Under the pieces are notes generated by a model, which was given only the letters and a program-made list of their open reading frames with translations, searched no databases and was not told where the DNA came from. A stretch of 64,000 nucleotides of DNA from a virus, in IMG/VR virus record IMGVR_UViG_3300029922_000014, positions 86,437-150,436 of that record. The stretch is one strand, 5' to 3'. A program made the position numbers and the translations under genes. Each line of letters starts with the position of its first letter. The first letter of the stretch is position 1. Below are positions 21,605-32,998 of the stretch, one piece after another.

Positions 21605-22424
21605 AAAGCACCGCATCAGCGACGGGGGACGCCCGGTCCTTGGATCCTGGCGCTCTGGGCCATGTGCTGCTTGAACTGTTCCGACAGCACATCGGCAAAC
21701 TGGCGATTGCCGTCGTTCTGGGCGGTCTGGCAGCAGGGTCCGTAGTAGGCGATGGCCTCGTCGAGGTTGTTCGCGCCGATCAGCGGGAAGTCCAGCATGG
21801 CGTTGGTCTTGCGCACGCGGCCGAGCGGATCCTTGGCCGTCAATTCCATCTGCTGGCGCCCGATGAAGGGGTGGAACTCCAGCGGGAAGATGCCGGTGAT
21901 CACACGGCGATGGATGATGCGCGCCACGGGGCCATAGCCGTAGACGTGCTCCTCGTACGTGAAGGCCTGCGCGAGCCCCGCCAGAGCCTCCAAAGACAGC
22001 CCGGTGCCTTCGGGAGGGGCCGCCGCTTCCGGTGCCGTCTGAGAGGCTTCCTGTGGCTGCACGGGAGCTTCCGGGGCGGTGGTATCGGCGGCGTTCTCGG
22101 TGTTCATGGGGATGCCTTGACTGATGGCTTGTGGTTGATGCGCGGACGGCGCACGGGGGTCTGACGGAGGTTGCGGGATTCGTTGTACTGCCGGATCAGG
22201 TCGACGTAGACATCGACGTTCTCTGCCAGCGTGATGATCGCTTTGCGGATGGCCTTCTCGGACATCGTCTTCGGCATGGTGACGGCGACCTTGATTGGGC
22301 AATTCTCGAAGCTCAGGAAGTCGACAGTGAACGTCGCACCGTCGTCATCACGGACGATGACGCCTGCATCATTTTCCTCTTCAGTCAAGATGGTCTTGTT
22401 CACGGGTTCAGATTGTAGTAAATG

Positions 22425-22994
22425 TCAATAGTGTTTCAATAGATTGTTTCGCGCGCAATTGCCTGCAAATAGTTTGAGGAGGCTTTCGACATCTTTCACC
22501 ATGTCCATTTCACGTAGCGGATTGAAATGAATGGCGTGGCCGCCGTTCTGGATGAACTCGCGCACGTTGGTGCGATTGTCGTCGATCAGAATCGTATTCG
22601 ACTGGGCCAGGAAACGGCGATGGCTGGTGATGTAGTACGGCGCCCCGGCGGCATTCTTCTTGAACCACAGCATCATTCCGCGCGGCGCCCACAGGTAATC
22701 ACGCGGGTCGGTGACAAAGCGCAATTCGCCATAACGGACAACGGCACGAAACAGTTCTCCGTAGTGGGCGAATGGCTTCATCTCAGACCAGAACGTGATG
22801 CCTTTGGCGTCGATGATCTCAACCAATTGAGGGTAGGTCATGCCGAATGAGTTCTGCACATTCTGACGGTCGAGGTCGGGGTGCGCGTACAGTTCTTCAC
22901 GCCCAACCAATCGCAGACATTCTCGCATCCACGGTGCGCAGACATCATGCACGTCCAGGTAGATCACCGGCGGAGGTGGATCATGAAGCGGCAT
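22425..22994 (-). CDS. HAD-superfamily 5'(3')-deoxyribonucleotidase-like protein
   Basis: IYLDVHDV (DxDG-like), FWSEMKP, ILIDDNRTNVREF..GGHAIHF. Confidence 0.7.
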   Translation of the reverse strand: MPLHDPPPPVIYLDVHDVCAPWMRECLRLVGREELYAHPDLDRQNVQNSFGMTYPQLVEIIDAKGITFWSEMKPFAHYGELFRAVVRYGELRFVTDPRDYLWAPRGMMLWFKKNAAGAPYYITSHRRFLAQSNTILIDDNRTNVREFIQNGGHAIHFNPLREMDMVKDVESLLKLFAGNCARNNLLKHY

Positions 22995-24051
22995 CGGTGT
23001 CCTTAACGGCGAGCGCCACAACGCGCCCGTAGGGGGAGCGGCCAAAACGTCGAGAGACGATCTTGAACGGGGTGCGCCAGAGGAACCATGCCAGGATCCG
23101 TAGTGGGCGGGGGTACATGTCGACGGCGCGGGCAACACCAACCACCTTGAATCCAGGCGGGGCTTTTGGTGCTCCAATGCGCGGTTTCACAGTGCCCTCA
23201 ACTGGTCCAGGCGGAAGAAGTCCGTCTTCCAGGCCGGGGCATTCGTTTGCGGGTCCATGTACGGGATCTTGAGATACACCGCATGCGCCTTGTCGCTGTC
23301 GTAGGTGAAGCTCATGATCGTGCCCAACATACGGAAGCTCAGACTCTTTTCGTCGAGCACACGCATGCGCATGCCAACACGGAGATTCGCGCGGTCGGGA
23401 ATGTCCAGGGTGACGTTCATAGGGATCGAATCTCGCCTTCGCCAGTGGACAGGTATGCTTTTGCGCGTTCCGCTTCAACGGACATTCGGTGCAGGTATGC
23501 CCGTCCGTCCTCCATGCAATAGACCGTAGTGGTGATGCGCCGCCCGGCGCCGGCATCAACGACCAGTCGCCGTTCCTGCGGAAGACAGTTGCACACCGCA
23601 CACAGTTTCTTTTGTGCCGGTGTGACATTTTCGACTTCGATGGAGATTGACCGAAACCATAGCCCCGGCTTGCGGCGGGAGGTCATCAGTTATCGAACCA
23701 TATGACAACCAGAGGATCGCGCGTGAGCTTGCGCGCATCGGCCAGAACCTGAACGAACGACACCTCGTCATCGGATGGATCCGGGGGATCGAAGTGATGA
23801 GGCTCTGCCTGCCTGACCGTGGCCTCAAGCTCATCAGGCGTCAGCGCCTGGATTCCAAAAAAATCGTACTCCATAAAATCTGCAAGCCCATCGACGTAGT
23901 GCCAGTGGTCACGCTCTGCATTGAGAAGGGCAGGAAAAATATTGACGTACCGTGGCAAATGGTAGTCGGAATGCGCCGACGGCCATATGCGAGGATACTT
24001 CCCGTACTCATCTTTCTGGATGAGTTTGATGTTGATGTCAGTGCCCATGGC

Positions 24052-25008
24052 TCAGGAGACCGTAGTGATGCCGACGCGGGTTTCCGGCTTCTCGGATGCA
24101 GCCTGGATACCTTCGACGTAAGCGGCCTCATCGAACGGGACGCCCTGCACGGTGGCGAGTTGCTGGGCGGTCGTAGTGGCGACTTCCTTCCACTTCGGAC
24201 GGCGGCCAGTGGTTTCCTCGACGAAGGGGGCGAAGCGGCCGGGCTCGAAGGACAGGCCCTGGTCGGTGGCGGCCTTGATCTGGATCTGGATGTGCTTGAA
24301 GGCCTTCTCGGCTTCGCCGCGTAGCGCATTCAGCAGGTACGCGGCTTCGAGCGAATCCTGACTGGTGACATCGCCAGGAGCGGCGTTGCCGAGCGCTTCC
24401 AGGACGTTGACGAGATTGGAAACGCTGGCCTCGACGCGCCGGGCCAGGGTCGGCTTCTTGGGTTTGACTGCGGGAACGGTGGCGAGCTTGCGGACGGCCA
24501 TGGCGTATTCCTGGTAATGTGGTGCAACACTGAAGCCCATCCGCCATGACAGCGGATGGGCCAGGAACAGAGCGGATGATCAGACCTTGAACTTTTCCAA
24601 GAGCAGGTTGAAGGCGAAGGCATAGGCCTTGGCCTTGGTTTCCTTGGTCGGGACCAAGCCCTTGATGGCCTTGTACTGGGCGTGGCCTTCGGGGCAGGTC
24701 ACCTTGAGAAGATCCGCGATGTTGTGGGCAAAGAAGTCGACCGCCTTGGCCACCTTCTCCGGAGTGGCACCTTCGGGCATGACGGTGGGATATTTCTCCC
24801 CGTCGGTGGTCTGGGCAGCCGGGACGGTCGCCTTGGCAGCGGTTTTGGCCTTGGCGTCCGCGATGGCGTTGACGGTCGGCATGAAGATGACCTGTTCATC
24901 GGCGGTCATGGGCGCGAAGCCCTTTTCCTGGAGTTTCGCGTTGATTTCCGCGAGGGGCTTGGCCATCTCGACGAGGAGGGTGATGATGTCGGTACGGGTG
25001 GCTTTCAT
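24052..25008 (-). other. Two hypothetical genes (24052-24501, 24580-25008) with a hairpin between them (24535-24562)
   Basis: ORFs with phage-like codon usage; gcccatccgc...gcggatgggc inverted repeat. Confidence 0.6.
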
Positions 25009-25020
25009 GGGAGGCTCCTT

Positions 25021-25100
25021 GGTCCATTGGACCGTTGGTGTGATGAGCGAAGCATATGCGGACTGACATCGTGTCAATGCCTCTTTTCCGCATAGCGCGT
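25021..25100 (-). promoter_or_regulatory. Promoter cassette (B-A-C)
   Basis: Box C 25021, TATGCT 25051-25056, Box A 25064, Box B 25088. Confidence 0.8.
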
Positions 25101-25957
25101 AAAATGCTCTTTAAGCAATGCGGTCCTGGTCCAGCAGAGCAAAAACCACCGGTTCTTGGGTGGTCGGGCAGACAGAATAGAAATTGAAGACACTGGGGCG
25201 GGTAAAACGCCGAGCGAGAAGACCGTGCCGCAAACTGCAACGGGGGCAGGATTCGACGACGATATTTACCGCAGTAAGAGGAATGCGAATAACAAACTCT
25301 TTCTTAGGTTCAGCCGCTGGTTTGGTTGCGGATCCCATCCATCCTTGCAGGCTTCTGCAACGGTGACGGCAAACAGGACAACATCCGAATCTTCAAAGAC
25401 GCGGTTGTCGATGCTCCGAGACAGGATTTTGTAGTCGAGCATCAGACTTCCGCGCGATCAGTGCTTTTTTGCGCGCTCACGCGGATCGGTGGCCTTGACC
25501 GATTCGTCGGCGTGGCCGTCGGTGGTCTTCGGACGGATCACGGGGGCGTTGGTGGCAGCATCATGGCCGCCGACGGAGTCCAGGTCTTCGACGATGGGTC
25601 CGCGGGCGGGCGGTGGGATCTGGCGCTTCTCGTTCATGGGTTCTCCGGGCGACAGTATCCGCGCCATGCGTCAGTGTGCAACGTAGTCGTTGCCGAATAG
25701 CTCGTCGAGCAGCGAACGGTCACCGGTACAGGACCATTCCCGGCACTGATGCGGGGCGGTGCTGTAACACCACACGAAGCCTTCCCGGCCATCGTCGTGC
25801 TGGAACCCCCAGGACGCGCCGACCTTGTCAGCATCGTCCAGGGCAGTCGCATTCGGCATGCCGAGGATGGTGATCAGCGTGCGAAAGTCGGCGGTGATGG
25901 TACCGGTGCGGGATGCGCCGGTCTTCGGGATGGGGTTGATCATGGCGGCAATCGCGC

Positions 25958-26497
25958 TCACAGCAGCACCGGTTCCAGGCCAAAATCCGCGTCATCAGAA
26001 GGGGACGCGTCCAGCACGATCTTCCGCTTGCGGCGGTTCTTCCTGCCCTTGTCCGCGCGCGGGGTCTGTTCGTGATCGAACCAGGAACCGTACAGCCCGG
26101 AACCGGGGTGCAGAGCCTGCTGCAAGGCGTTTCCGAGCCCCCAAACCTTGTGGAGGAGGTCCAGGTACCCTTTGCGCTCCGGAATGTCCTTGGCGCGTTC
26201 TTTGGCGGCGTCCTTGAAGTTGGAATAGTCGATGGCCTCCGCGAGGTGCGACATGACCAGCATCAGTTCGACCTTGGTGACGAAGATGCGGAAGGCGTAA
26301 TCGCGGCCGGGGATCTCGTGGATCTCGCGACCATCGAGCAAAGGGACAACGCGGATGAGCGTGACCATGCTTTCGAGGGTGCGCGCACGGATGACGCGTT
26401 CGTCGGGAGACGCCCGGGTGAAGGACACCTTGCCGCGGGTGATGGTCTCTTTCTCAGCGACGACTGAGAACATCCCGAAAGTCGTTAGAACCCACAT
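25958..26497 (-). CDS. Hypothetical phage protein
   Basis: MWVLTTFGMFSVV...IRAR...RDYAFR...IDYSNFKD; AAGGAG RBS. Confidence 0.7.
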   Translation of the reverse strand: MWVLTTFGMFSVVAEKETITRGKVSFTRASPDERVIRARTLESMVTLIRVVPLLDGREIHEIPGRDYAFRIFVTKVELMLVMSHLAEAIDYSNFKDAAKERAKDIPERKGYLDLLHKVWGLGNALQQALHPGSGLYGSWFDHEQTPRADKGRKNRRKRKIVLDASPSDDADFGLEPVLL

Positions 26498-26509
26498 TTT
26501 TGACTCCTT

Positions 26510-26587
26510 GGTCCTTTGGACCGTTGGTGTGATGAGCAAAGCGTATACAGACTGACACGATGTCAATCAAGTTTCTGCATAGCGCGG
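26510..26587 (-). promoter_or_regulatory. Promoter cassette (B-A-C)
   Basis: Box C 26510, TACGCT 26540-26545, Box A 26553, Box B 26575. Confidence 0.8.
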
Positions 26588-27142
26588 CAAATGCCGATAA
26601 GTTTGACCGCGACGGATGTATTCGATCACATCGCGTGACACTCCGTACGTTTGGGCTAACGCTGTGATCGAATCAGCAGAAGCAATGATCTCCGCAGCCT
26701 GCGCATTGGTCAGGAGCGCTTTGCAATGCTCCTCGCCCCAGGGCATGCGCCCGTTGCGTATAGCATCAGCAGCATTGGCCGCCTGTGTGTCGTATCGCAA
26801 ATTGTCTAGACGGTTGTCAAATGGGTTGTCGTTCGCGTGGCACATGACCGCCCTGGAAGGGCGCGGGCCGACAAACGCCCGTAGAACAATCAGCCCAACC
26901 GGCCTGACGAGTCTATTTGCGCGCCCGTTACGCAAATTGCAAATCGGAATCGCGCGACGCCTGTACCCAACCCGTGCAACAGTCAATTTCAGTTCAGCCG
27001 GCTCCTGATCCAGTTCGATCGTCGAAGTCCTGAACCCCTGGTGCTTGAACGAAAACACACGCCCGTGATCAGTAACGTAATAACCGTCCCAGCCCACAAC
27101 CGGAAGCTGGTGCTCACCATCTCGAAGATGAGCAATCCACAT
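26567..27142 (-). CDS. NUMOD4-type HNH homing endonuclease
   Basis: GWDGYYVTDHGRVFS, LRAFVGPRP, CHANDNPFDNRLDNLRYDTQAAN. Confidence 0.88.
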   Translation of the reverse strand: MWIAHLRDGEHQLPVVGWDGYYVTDHGRVFSFKHQGFRTSTIELDQEPAELKLTVARVGYRRRAIPICNLRNGRANRLVRPVGLIVLRAFVGPRPSRAVMCHANDNPFDNRLDNLRYDTQAANAADAIRNGRMPWGEEHCKALLTNAQAAEIIASADSITALAQTYGVSRDVIEYIRRGQTYRHLPRYAET

Positions 27143-27153
27143 ATAAGACTCCT

Positions 27154-27233
27154 GGTCCAGGGGACCGCTGGTGATGGGGGGTCATCATGCACGGACTGAC
27201 ACGATGTCAATCGCTGTTTTCCGCGTCACGCGG
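27154..27233 (-). promoter_or_regulatory. Promoter cassette (B-A-C) driving the HNH gene
   Basis: Box C 27154, CATGAT 27184-27189, Box A 27197, Box B 27221. Confidence 0.8.
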
Positions 27234-27738
27234 GAAGCGGGTAACTGGCGCGGTCGGCGTTCCGGATCAGGTTGCAACGCATGACGTACAGCGCCATTTC
27301 CATGTCGCGGCGGTTTGGGCGACTCGGGCGCGGCTTGGAACGCCGCCCGCCTGCCCGACGGTGGTTCTTCATGTACTGGCTCAATATCTTGCCGCAGACG
27401 TCCCAGTCGGGGATGGTCTCGCGGGCGACGCGCATCTGCCATTGGTAGTTGGCGTAAAAGGCCACGTGTGCGCAAGACGGTGCACCGTACTCGACGCGCA
27501 GTTCGTTCTTGCACGGACGCGGACCGAATTGCCCGAATCCCGGAATGGTCACCGGTCGGCCGAGCACTACCTGTTCCATGATCGCTTCGCACAGATAAGT
27601 CAGCGCGATGCCCATCTCGTATTCGTTCTTGCCGGAGGCGCGGGCGGCTTGAACCAGCGCATCCCCAAGCCCGTCGATTGGATTCGAGCGGACGCTGGTG
27701 ATGCGGGTGGTATTGTTCTGTGGAATGCCTTTGGGCAT
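27226..27738 (-). CDS. HU/IHF-like DNA-binding protein
   Basis: EAIMEQVVLGRPVTIPGFGQF. Confidence 0.6.
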   Translation of the reverse strand: MPKGIPQNNTTRITSVRSNPIDGLGDALVQAARASGKNEYEMGIALTYLCEAIMEQVVLGRPVTIPGFGQFGPRPCKNELRVEYGAPSCAHVAFYANYQWQMRVARETIPDWDVCGKILSQYMKNHRRAGGRRSKPRPSRPNRRDMEMALYVMRCNLIRNADRASYPLPA

Positions 27739-27740
27739 GA

Positions 27741-30700
27741 CTACGCCTTCTTGGCGCGGAGTGTTTCCAAGTCTTCGTTCAACTGCTTGCGCTCTTCGGA
27801 ATCTTCGATGCCGTCGGTGATGTCCTGACCCATCCACAGCGGGGGCAGGGTCGACGGGTCGGTCTGCTGCACGATCTGATCGTCCAGGTGTGCTTCTGCG
27901 ATGTCACCGATGATCTTGCGCAGCGCAGGGGAACGGTGGATCGACTCGGCAATGCGCTTCTTCTCCCCTGACGACAGGCAGTAGTAGCCTTCGGTACCAG
28001 TCATGCGCGCCGCTTCCAGAATAGCCTTCTGATTCGTCAGCGACTCCTCAGGCGTGTTTCCGCCGCCCGTCACACTGGTAGCTTCGGGACCGGCCACCTC
28101 TTTCGAGAGCAGACGCAAGACGACGTCTTCGGGAAGCTTGGCGTATTGGGTGAGGATGTAGACGCTCCACACCTTGGGATTCACGCCGAGGGTCTGGCCA
28201 AACTGGGCCATCGCACCCATGAGTTCGCTGCGAAGCTGAATCAATTCGAGGCGTTCGAGTTCGTCGAGGTAGGAGCTTGGCGGGACGCAAACGAGGTAAC
28301 GGTTCTCTTCGGCGGTGGGATCGTAGTCGGAGTTTCCGACGGCGAGCAGGGTGTAATGGATGTCGAGGGTCTGACGGATGCCGTATTTGTAGGCCTTCTG
28401 AATGCGTTTGATGGTGCGGGCAAAGCGCACATCCTGCTGGAGCAGGGTAGCTTTTGCGTTGACATCCCCTTCAAAGCCGATATAGGCAGCCGGAATCTTC
28501 GCCACACCGCAGAAGATTTTCCGGTTCATGTCCACGTCTTGGATCTCACCGGCATTGCCAGCACCAGACATCGGTTCGATGCGCGTTTCGGAGTCGGCAC
28601 CGCGCACAGGCAGGAAGACATCTTCCCACGGGGTCAGGGGATTGAATTGTTTCCTGTAATTGGGGCTCGCCGGGTCAATATACTCGTTCTTCCGAAAGGC
28701 TTTCTTAAATTGATTCACGTAGTCCATCGCCTCGGACTCTTCCATATTACCAACATCAACAAGCACCATGTTACGGTCTGGCGCACGGCGAAGGCGATAC
28801 ATAAGCACAGCATCCATGCTCAGCGTATTGTGTGAAACAACGCCATTAGCAACGAAGTTGTGAAGATCGTCGGCAACGGTGATGTCATACGTCTCCCCTT
28901 CCCCTATAGGCTCGACGTGCGTTACAGGTTCGTAGACAACAGGAGCATCAGTCGCCTCGTCACTGACAAAAATACGGAATGCGCGCAGCGCCTTGGCGCG
29001 CTTTCCGCGAATTGTGGTCTCCCTGTCGATTGACTTGATCTCGCGACTGACTCTGTATCCCGACATCTGCGCCAACGTCCAGCAGCCCCGCATCAGTTCT
29101 TCGTTGGAAAGCCCAAGACGCCAACCGTTGCTCTGGAAACCTGCGTCGGCATCAAACATCCCTTGCAAGAAAGCACGCCGCACTTCCAGAGACATCCCAT
29201 AAAGCCACGACGGAACACGCTTCTTCGCAAAACCGTGAATGAAACCAACAGATTCCAACATGCGCTTAATCCCAAGCCCGAGAACCTGCACATGCCCGGC
29301 GCCGAGCGCATTGAAGGTTGCCGCCCCCCGAGGCTCTGGGGTGCAATTGAACAATTCACGACACAGGTCGATGTAGTAGGTGTTGCAGCCATCGTCCTCG
29401 CCCAACGCAAATGCGATGCCTTTCGACTCGAACCATCCGTCGCCAAGCATGAAGCCGAGAAACCGTGCAAAGCGCGCATCGACTTCAAAAGAAAGCGTAT
29501 CCAGGTCAACCCCGTGCACCGGATTTTTCCCTGTGCGAACCACAAGATCAACCGGAGGAACATCAATACCGGCAGCGCGCAAGCGCAGATAGTTCGCATG
29601 TGATATGCCGTTCTTGCCACGCAAAAAGGCATGCGCAACCTTCTGAATATGCTTATGTCCGACGAGTTGGGCGGAACGCAGCTTATCCATAATCCCAGGA
29701 GGGGTTTCGACAGGCCCGCGCGGGAGCACTGACCATGCATCACCACTCAGCGTAAACCTCCGCGTAGCGTCCCCATCAACCAAACGAGGGAGCACAAGCG
29801 AATCACGATCCCGATAGGCAGGCCAAACCGTCCGATCGGGCGCCGCGACCAGATGATCGGCACGCTTGTAGAGAAAGTTGCCGTCCTTGTCGCGCGCCAA
29901 CATCCCATGATTGGCAGTAACGACAATCTGCCGATGCGCGGTCCGAATCCGAACCAGCTTCTGCACACCCTGCTTCAAGACCGCAACAATCTCTGTCTTC
30001 CGCGTCTCACCCGTAGCCGGGTCGTGAGCGTAAGTGACCTGTCCACGACAAACACTCTCGGCTGTCGTGGGGCCGTCAGTGGTCCAGATAAGAGTTCCGG
30101 CAGCGATGCAATAGGTGCGCCACGGGTTGAACCACGTGTCGAGCAGCGCCGTGCCGTATCCAGTCTCTTCGTCTTTGCCGAGCAGGCGGAAATGCGTGTA
30201 GTCCCAGGGCCAGGAGGTCGCGCGTTTGCCGTTGCGAAACTGGACGCCGTCCTGACGGAATCCGACGAGGCGGCCGTATTTGTCCTCGACGCGGTGCATC
30301 TTGTCGGTGCGGCAGTACTTCCACCCGATGACACCTTTTCCAGCTTGGTAGATGTTGCGCTGGAAGCCATCGCCCATCTTGCACATGCGCCGGACCAGCG
30401 GGGTGCCGCGGTCTTCGATCATGATGTTGTGCAGGCATTCGTTGCCCGCCTTGATCATCTTCTCGTTCTTCGATTCGATCCAGACGTGGCGCCCACGTTC
30501 ATGGTCGGGCTGGGTGGCCTCTTCCGCGTAGATGTCGAGGAAGCTCGACACCATGCCGCTGCCATCCATCTCCTCGAAGATGCGGTAGCGTTCGAGCCTG
30601 GACCCGGCGATGTGGAAGAGGCGGCGCCACCATTCCTGCGCCTGTTCTTCCGCGTCACTGCGCTGTTCACCGTCGGTGTCGTATTGGGTAGCGTGGGTCT

Positions 30701-30812
30701 GCTTGTCGTACAGCCCGAGCAAACGCCAGTACCACGCCTGCTTGTGCGGGGTTCCGACCAGTTCGGACTGACCGTTTGTCGAACCTACGGGAGAATCGGG
30801 CATCTGCGGCAT
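27741..30812 (-). CDS. Portal protein (T4 gp20-like) with intein
   Basis: DAVLMYRLRRAPDRNMVLVDVGNM, EDVFLPVRG, KIPAAYIG, QQDVRFARTIKRIQ. Confidence 0.9.
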   Translation of the reverse strand: MPQMPDSPVGSTNGQSELVGTPHKQAWYWRLLGLYDKQTHATQYDTDGEQRSDAEEQAQEWWRRLFHIAGSRLERYRIFEEMDGSGMVSSFLDIYAEEATQPDHERGRHVWIESKNEKMIKAGNECLHNIMIEDRGTPLVRRMCKMGDGFQRNIYQAGKGVIGWKYCRTDKMHRVEDKYGRLVGFRQDGVQFRNGKRATSWPWDYTHFRLLGKDEETGYGTALLDTWFNPWRTYCIAAGTLIWTTDGPTTAESVCRGQVTYAHDPATGETRKTEIVAVLKQGVQKLVRIRTAHRQIVVTANHGMLARDKDGNFLYKRADHLVAAPDRTVWPAYRDRDSLVLPRLVDGDATRRFTLSGDAWSVLPRGPVETPPGIMDKLRSAQLVGHKHIQKVAHAFLRGKNGISHANYLRLRAAGIDVPPVDLVVRTGKNPVHGVDLDTLSFEVDARFARFLGFMLGDGWFESKGIAFALGEDDGCNTYYIDLCRELFNCTPEPRGAATFNALGAGHVQVLGLGIKRMLESVGFIHGFAKKRVPSWLYGMSLEVRRAFLQGMFDADAGFQSNGWRLGLSNEELMRGCWTLAQMSGYRVSREIKSIDRETTIRGKRAKALRAFRIFVSDEATDAPVVYEPVTHVEPIGEGETYDITVADDLHNFVANGVVSHNTLSMDAVLMYRLRRAPDRNMVLVDVGNMEESEAMDYVNQFKKAFRKNEYIDPASPNYRKQFNPLTPWEDVFLPVRGADSETRIEPMSGAGNAGEIQDVDMNRKIFCGVAKIPAAYIGFEGDVNAKATLLQQDVRFARTIKRIQKAYKYGIRQTLDIHYTLLAVGNSDYDPTAEENRYLVCVPPSSYLDELERLELIQLRSELMGAMAQFGQTLGVNPKVWSVYILTQYAKLPEDVVLRLLSKEVAGPEATSVTGGGNTPEESLTNQKAILEAARMTGTEGYYCLSSGEKKRIAESIHRSPALRKIIGDIAEAHLDDQIVQQTDPSTLPPLWMGQDITDGIEDSEERKQLNEDLETLRAKKA
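28827..30110 (-). mobile_element. Intein (428 aa) with LAGLIDADG endonuclease, in the portal
   Basis: Y|CIAAGT start; block B VTANH; LGFMLGDG and FLQGMFDADA; TYDITV..HNFVANGVVSHN|T end. Confidence 0.92.
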
Positions 30813-30868
30813 GGCTCAGAGCGTAGTAACCGTGAAGCATGCGGCAATTGACATCGTGTCAGTCCATC

Positions 30869-32998
30869 TCACAGATTTTTTTCCAGCGACTGCCAATCCA
30901 TCTTCCCGCCCTCGCCGGTGATGATCGGCGGCTGACGCGATTGCAGTGCAGATTCGGTACGCGGGTCGACCATGTGCGTGTTGGTCTTGATGTCGTTGCT
31001 GTAGTGGGCAGCGATGGCAACCTGACTGTGGAGCGCATTCCAGACAGACCCACAGCAACTATCAGCTACGTCTTTGCTGCCTTTTCCGCCCTTCGCATTC
31101 TTCACTGGGTGATCGACCTTGCCCTTTCCCTTGATGTCGCGGGTGAGGTCCAGGACTTCTTCAATGAAGGGTTCGTAGCGGTACGTGTGAATGCGCCGCT
31201 CAGAGAACGCAGCGCGCAGACCGACGTATTTAATGTCGTCCCGGTCGACGCTGATCTCCTTCGCCATGATTCCCATCTTGTTCAGGATCTGTTGACTGTC
31301 CTCCGATTCGTAACCGTCGAAGGTGACAACATGGACTGGAAAGAACTTGGTCAGGTATGCAACGAATGAGCGGATCTTCGAGAGGTCAATACGACTACCG
31401 GGCGGCGGCCGGATACGCAGCATGAAGTCCACCATCGCCACCGGCAGGTTCTCTGTGGTCGTGATCCCGAGGTTCGCGGGATCGGTACGCTTGACGCTCT
31501 TAAAACCCGCGAGGTGCGACATCGCGATGCCGGCACAGTCCCCCGTCAGTGCGATGTCGACGTGGAGGTAGCGGGGAGCGCCTCGGTTAAGGCGCGGCGT
31601 CCACTTGCCATCAACGACCTGACACACGCGCTCAACATTGAACGCATCTTGCAGGTGGAAGTCGGTGGCGATGTCGATGGTCAGTTCTTCGCGATCAAAC
31701 GGACATGGGATCTGATCGGTGATCGCGTCGAAGATCGAAGCGCGGTCGTGGATAAGCGGACTGACATTGAAGGTGGCAACGCCTGCGATGTCACGCAGCG
31801 CTTGGTCGGTGTCTTCGATGAACTGCTTGTAGTAGTCCTGGGGGATCTCGACGAGCTTGGCGCCGTCGCGCGGCTTCTCATCGGGCTTCAGGATGCGACT
31901 GCGCGCAATACGGTCACCGACTTCGACCTTGAACCACGACTGCTTGGCGAACTCCTTGGGCTTGAGGTCCCAGATGGCGTAGTCGCTGACGTACACCGCT
32001 GAATCATTCTTCGTCAACTTGATGCGCTCTTCGAGGAAGGCGCCCAAACCTGCACGCGATGAACCCAGCAACATGATGCCCGGAATAGTCCCACCGGGGC
32101 GCTTGAAACGACTCAAGACACGCGTGCTGGTGTTGTCGTAAAGCTTCTTGGCCTGCCCGACTTCGCCTTCAATCTCCGCCTTGGTCTTTCCTGGCATGTG
32201 CATGAAGTTGACTTCGTCCATGACGAAGCTGTAGAGGTCGAGACCGAGAGCATGAAACTCCCGAGAACCTAAAATGATTTTCACGTTCGACTTATCGAAC
32301 TCGATTTCCGATGAGAGCCGCAGATTGTGCGGAAACTCCTGTTGAAAGTACGGACTGCTTTCCAGATAGCTGCGAAGTTTGGCATAAGCACTATCGGTGA
32401 CTTGTTTCTTCGTAATCGAATAAATGCCAAACGTGATGAACGAATCAATCATCAGTCCGTAGTATTGCGCGGGATTCCGCATACAGGACATGTAATAGAT
32501 TTTGTACCCGAGCGCGCCTCCCATCATGCTCGTTTTTCCAGTTCCTATGCCCCCAGTTAGTAGCCACTCAGTAATTCCTGAGTTCGGATGCAGCACCGTG
32601 CACAGGTCGTGCATCCACTTGTCGTAAATCTTGGAGAAGTTGCGCCCAAAGTATTTCTGGTCAGTGAAGAATACTTCTGGCATCACCGGCTTGTGGATGA
32701 AGTCGATCTCCCAGATGGCATCGTGGATGACGTTGTAGGCGTCGCCTTCGCCCAAGCTGCTGACCAGCCATTCGATCACCAGCTTGCGCTCATAGGAGTT
32801 CAGCGCATCAAATGCCGTGCGAATGTCATCGCCACTGCCGTTGATGACGTCTTCAGCGAACTTGTCGAAGAGCGCGATGGTGTCGGCGTTCGCTTCGGTC
32901 GGCCGGATGCCGTTCGCGGGGTTGCCCGGCCGCGGACGCGCGTGCTGATCAGTTCCGCCAAAGACGGGATTCTTGGGAGGGAGCCTGCGAACAGCCAT
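30869..32998 (-). CDS. terL: Terminase large subunit
   Basis: Walker A TGGIGTGKT; Walker B VMDEVN; nuclease HVDIALTGDCAG; KVDHP...SKDVADS; adjacent to portal. Confidence 0.9.
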   Translation of the reverse strand: MAVRRLPPKNPVFGGTDQHARPRPGNPANGIRPTEANADTIALFDKFAEDVINGSGDDIRTAFDALNSYERKLVIEWLVSSLGEGDAYNVIHDAIWEIDFIHKPVMPEVFFTDQKYFGRNFSKIYDKWMHDLCTVLHPNSGITEWLLTGGIGTGKTSMMGGALGYKIYYMSCMRNPAQYYGLMIDSFITFGIYSITKKQVTDSAYAKLRSYLESSPYFQQEFPHNLRLSSEIEFDKSNVKIILGSREFHALGLDLYSFVMDEVNFMHMPGKTKAEIEGEVGQAKKLYDNTSTRVLSRFKRPGGTIPGIMLLGSSRAGLGAFLEERIKLTKNDSAVYVSDYAIWDLKPKEFAKQSWFKVEVGDRIARSRILKPDEKPRDGAKLVEIPQDYYKQFIEDTDQALRDIAGVATFNVSPLIHDRASIFDAITDQIPCPFDREELTIDIATDFHLQDAFNVERVCQVVDGKWTPRLNRGAPRYLHVDIALTGDCAGIAMSHLAGFKSVKRTDPANLGITTTENLPVAMVDFMLRIRPPPGSRIDLSKIRSFVAYLTKFFPVHVVTFDGYESEDSQQILNKMGIMAKEISVDRDDIKYVGLRAAFSERRIHTYRYEPFIEEVLDLTRDIKGKGKVDHPVKNAKGGKGSKDVADSCCGSVWNALHSQVAIAAHYSNDIKTNTHMVDPRTESALQSRQPPIITGEGGKMDWQSLEKNL

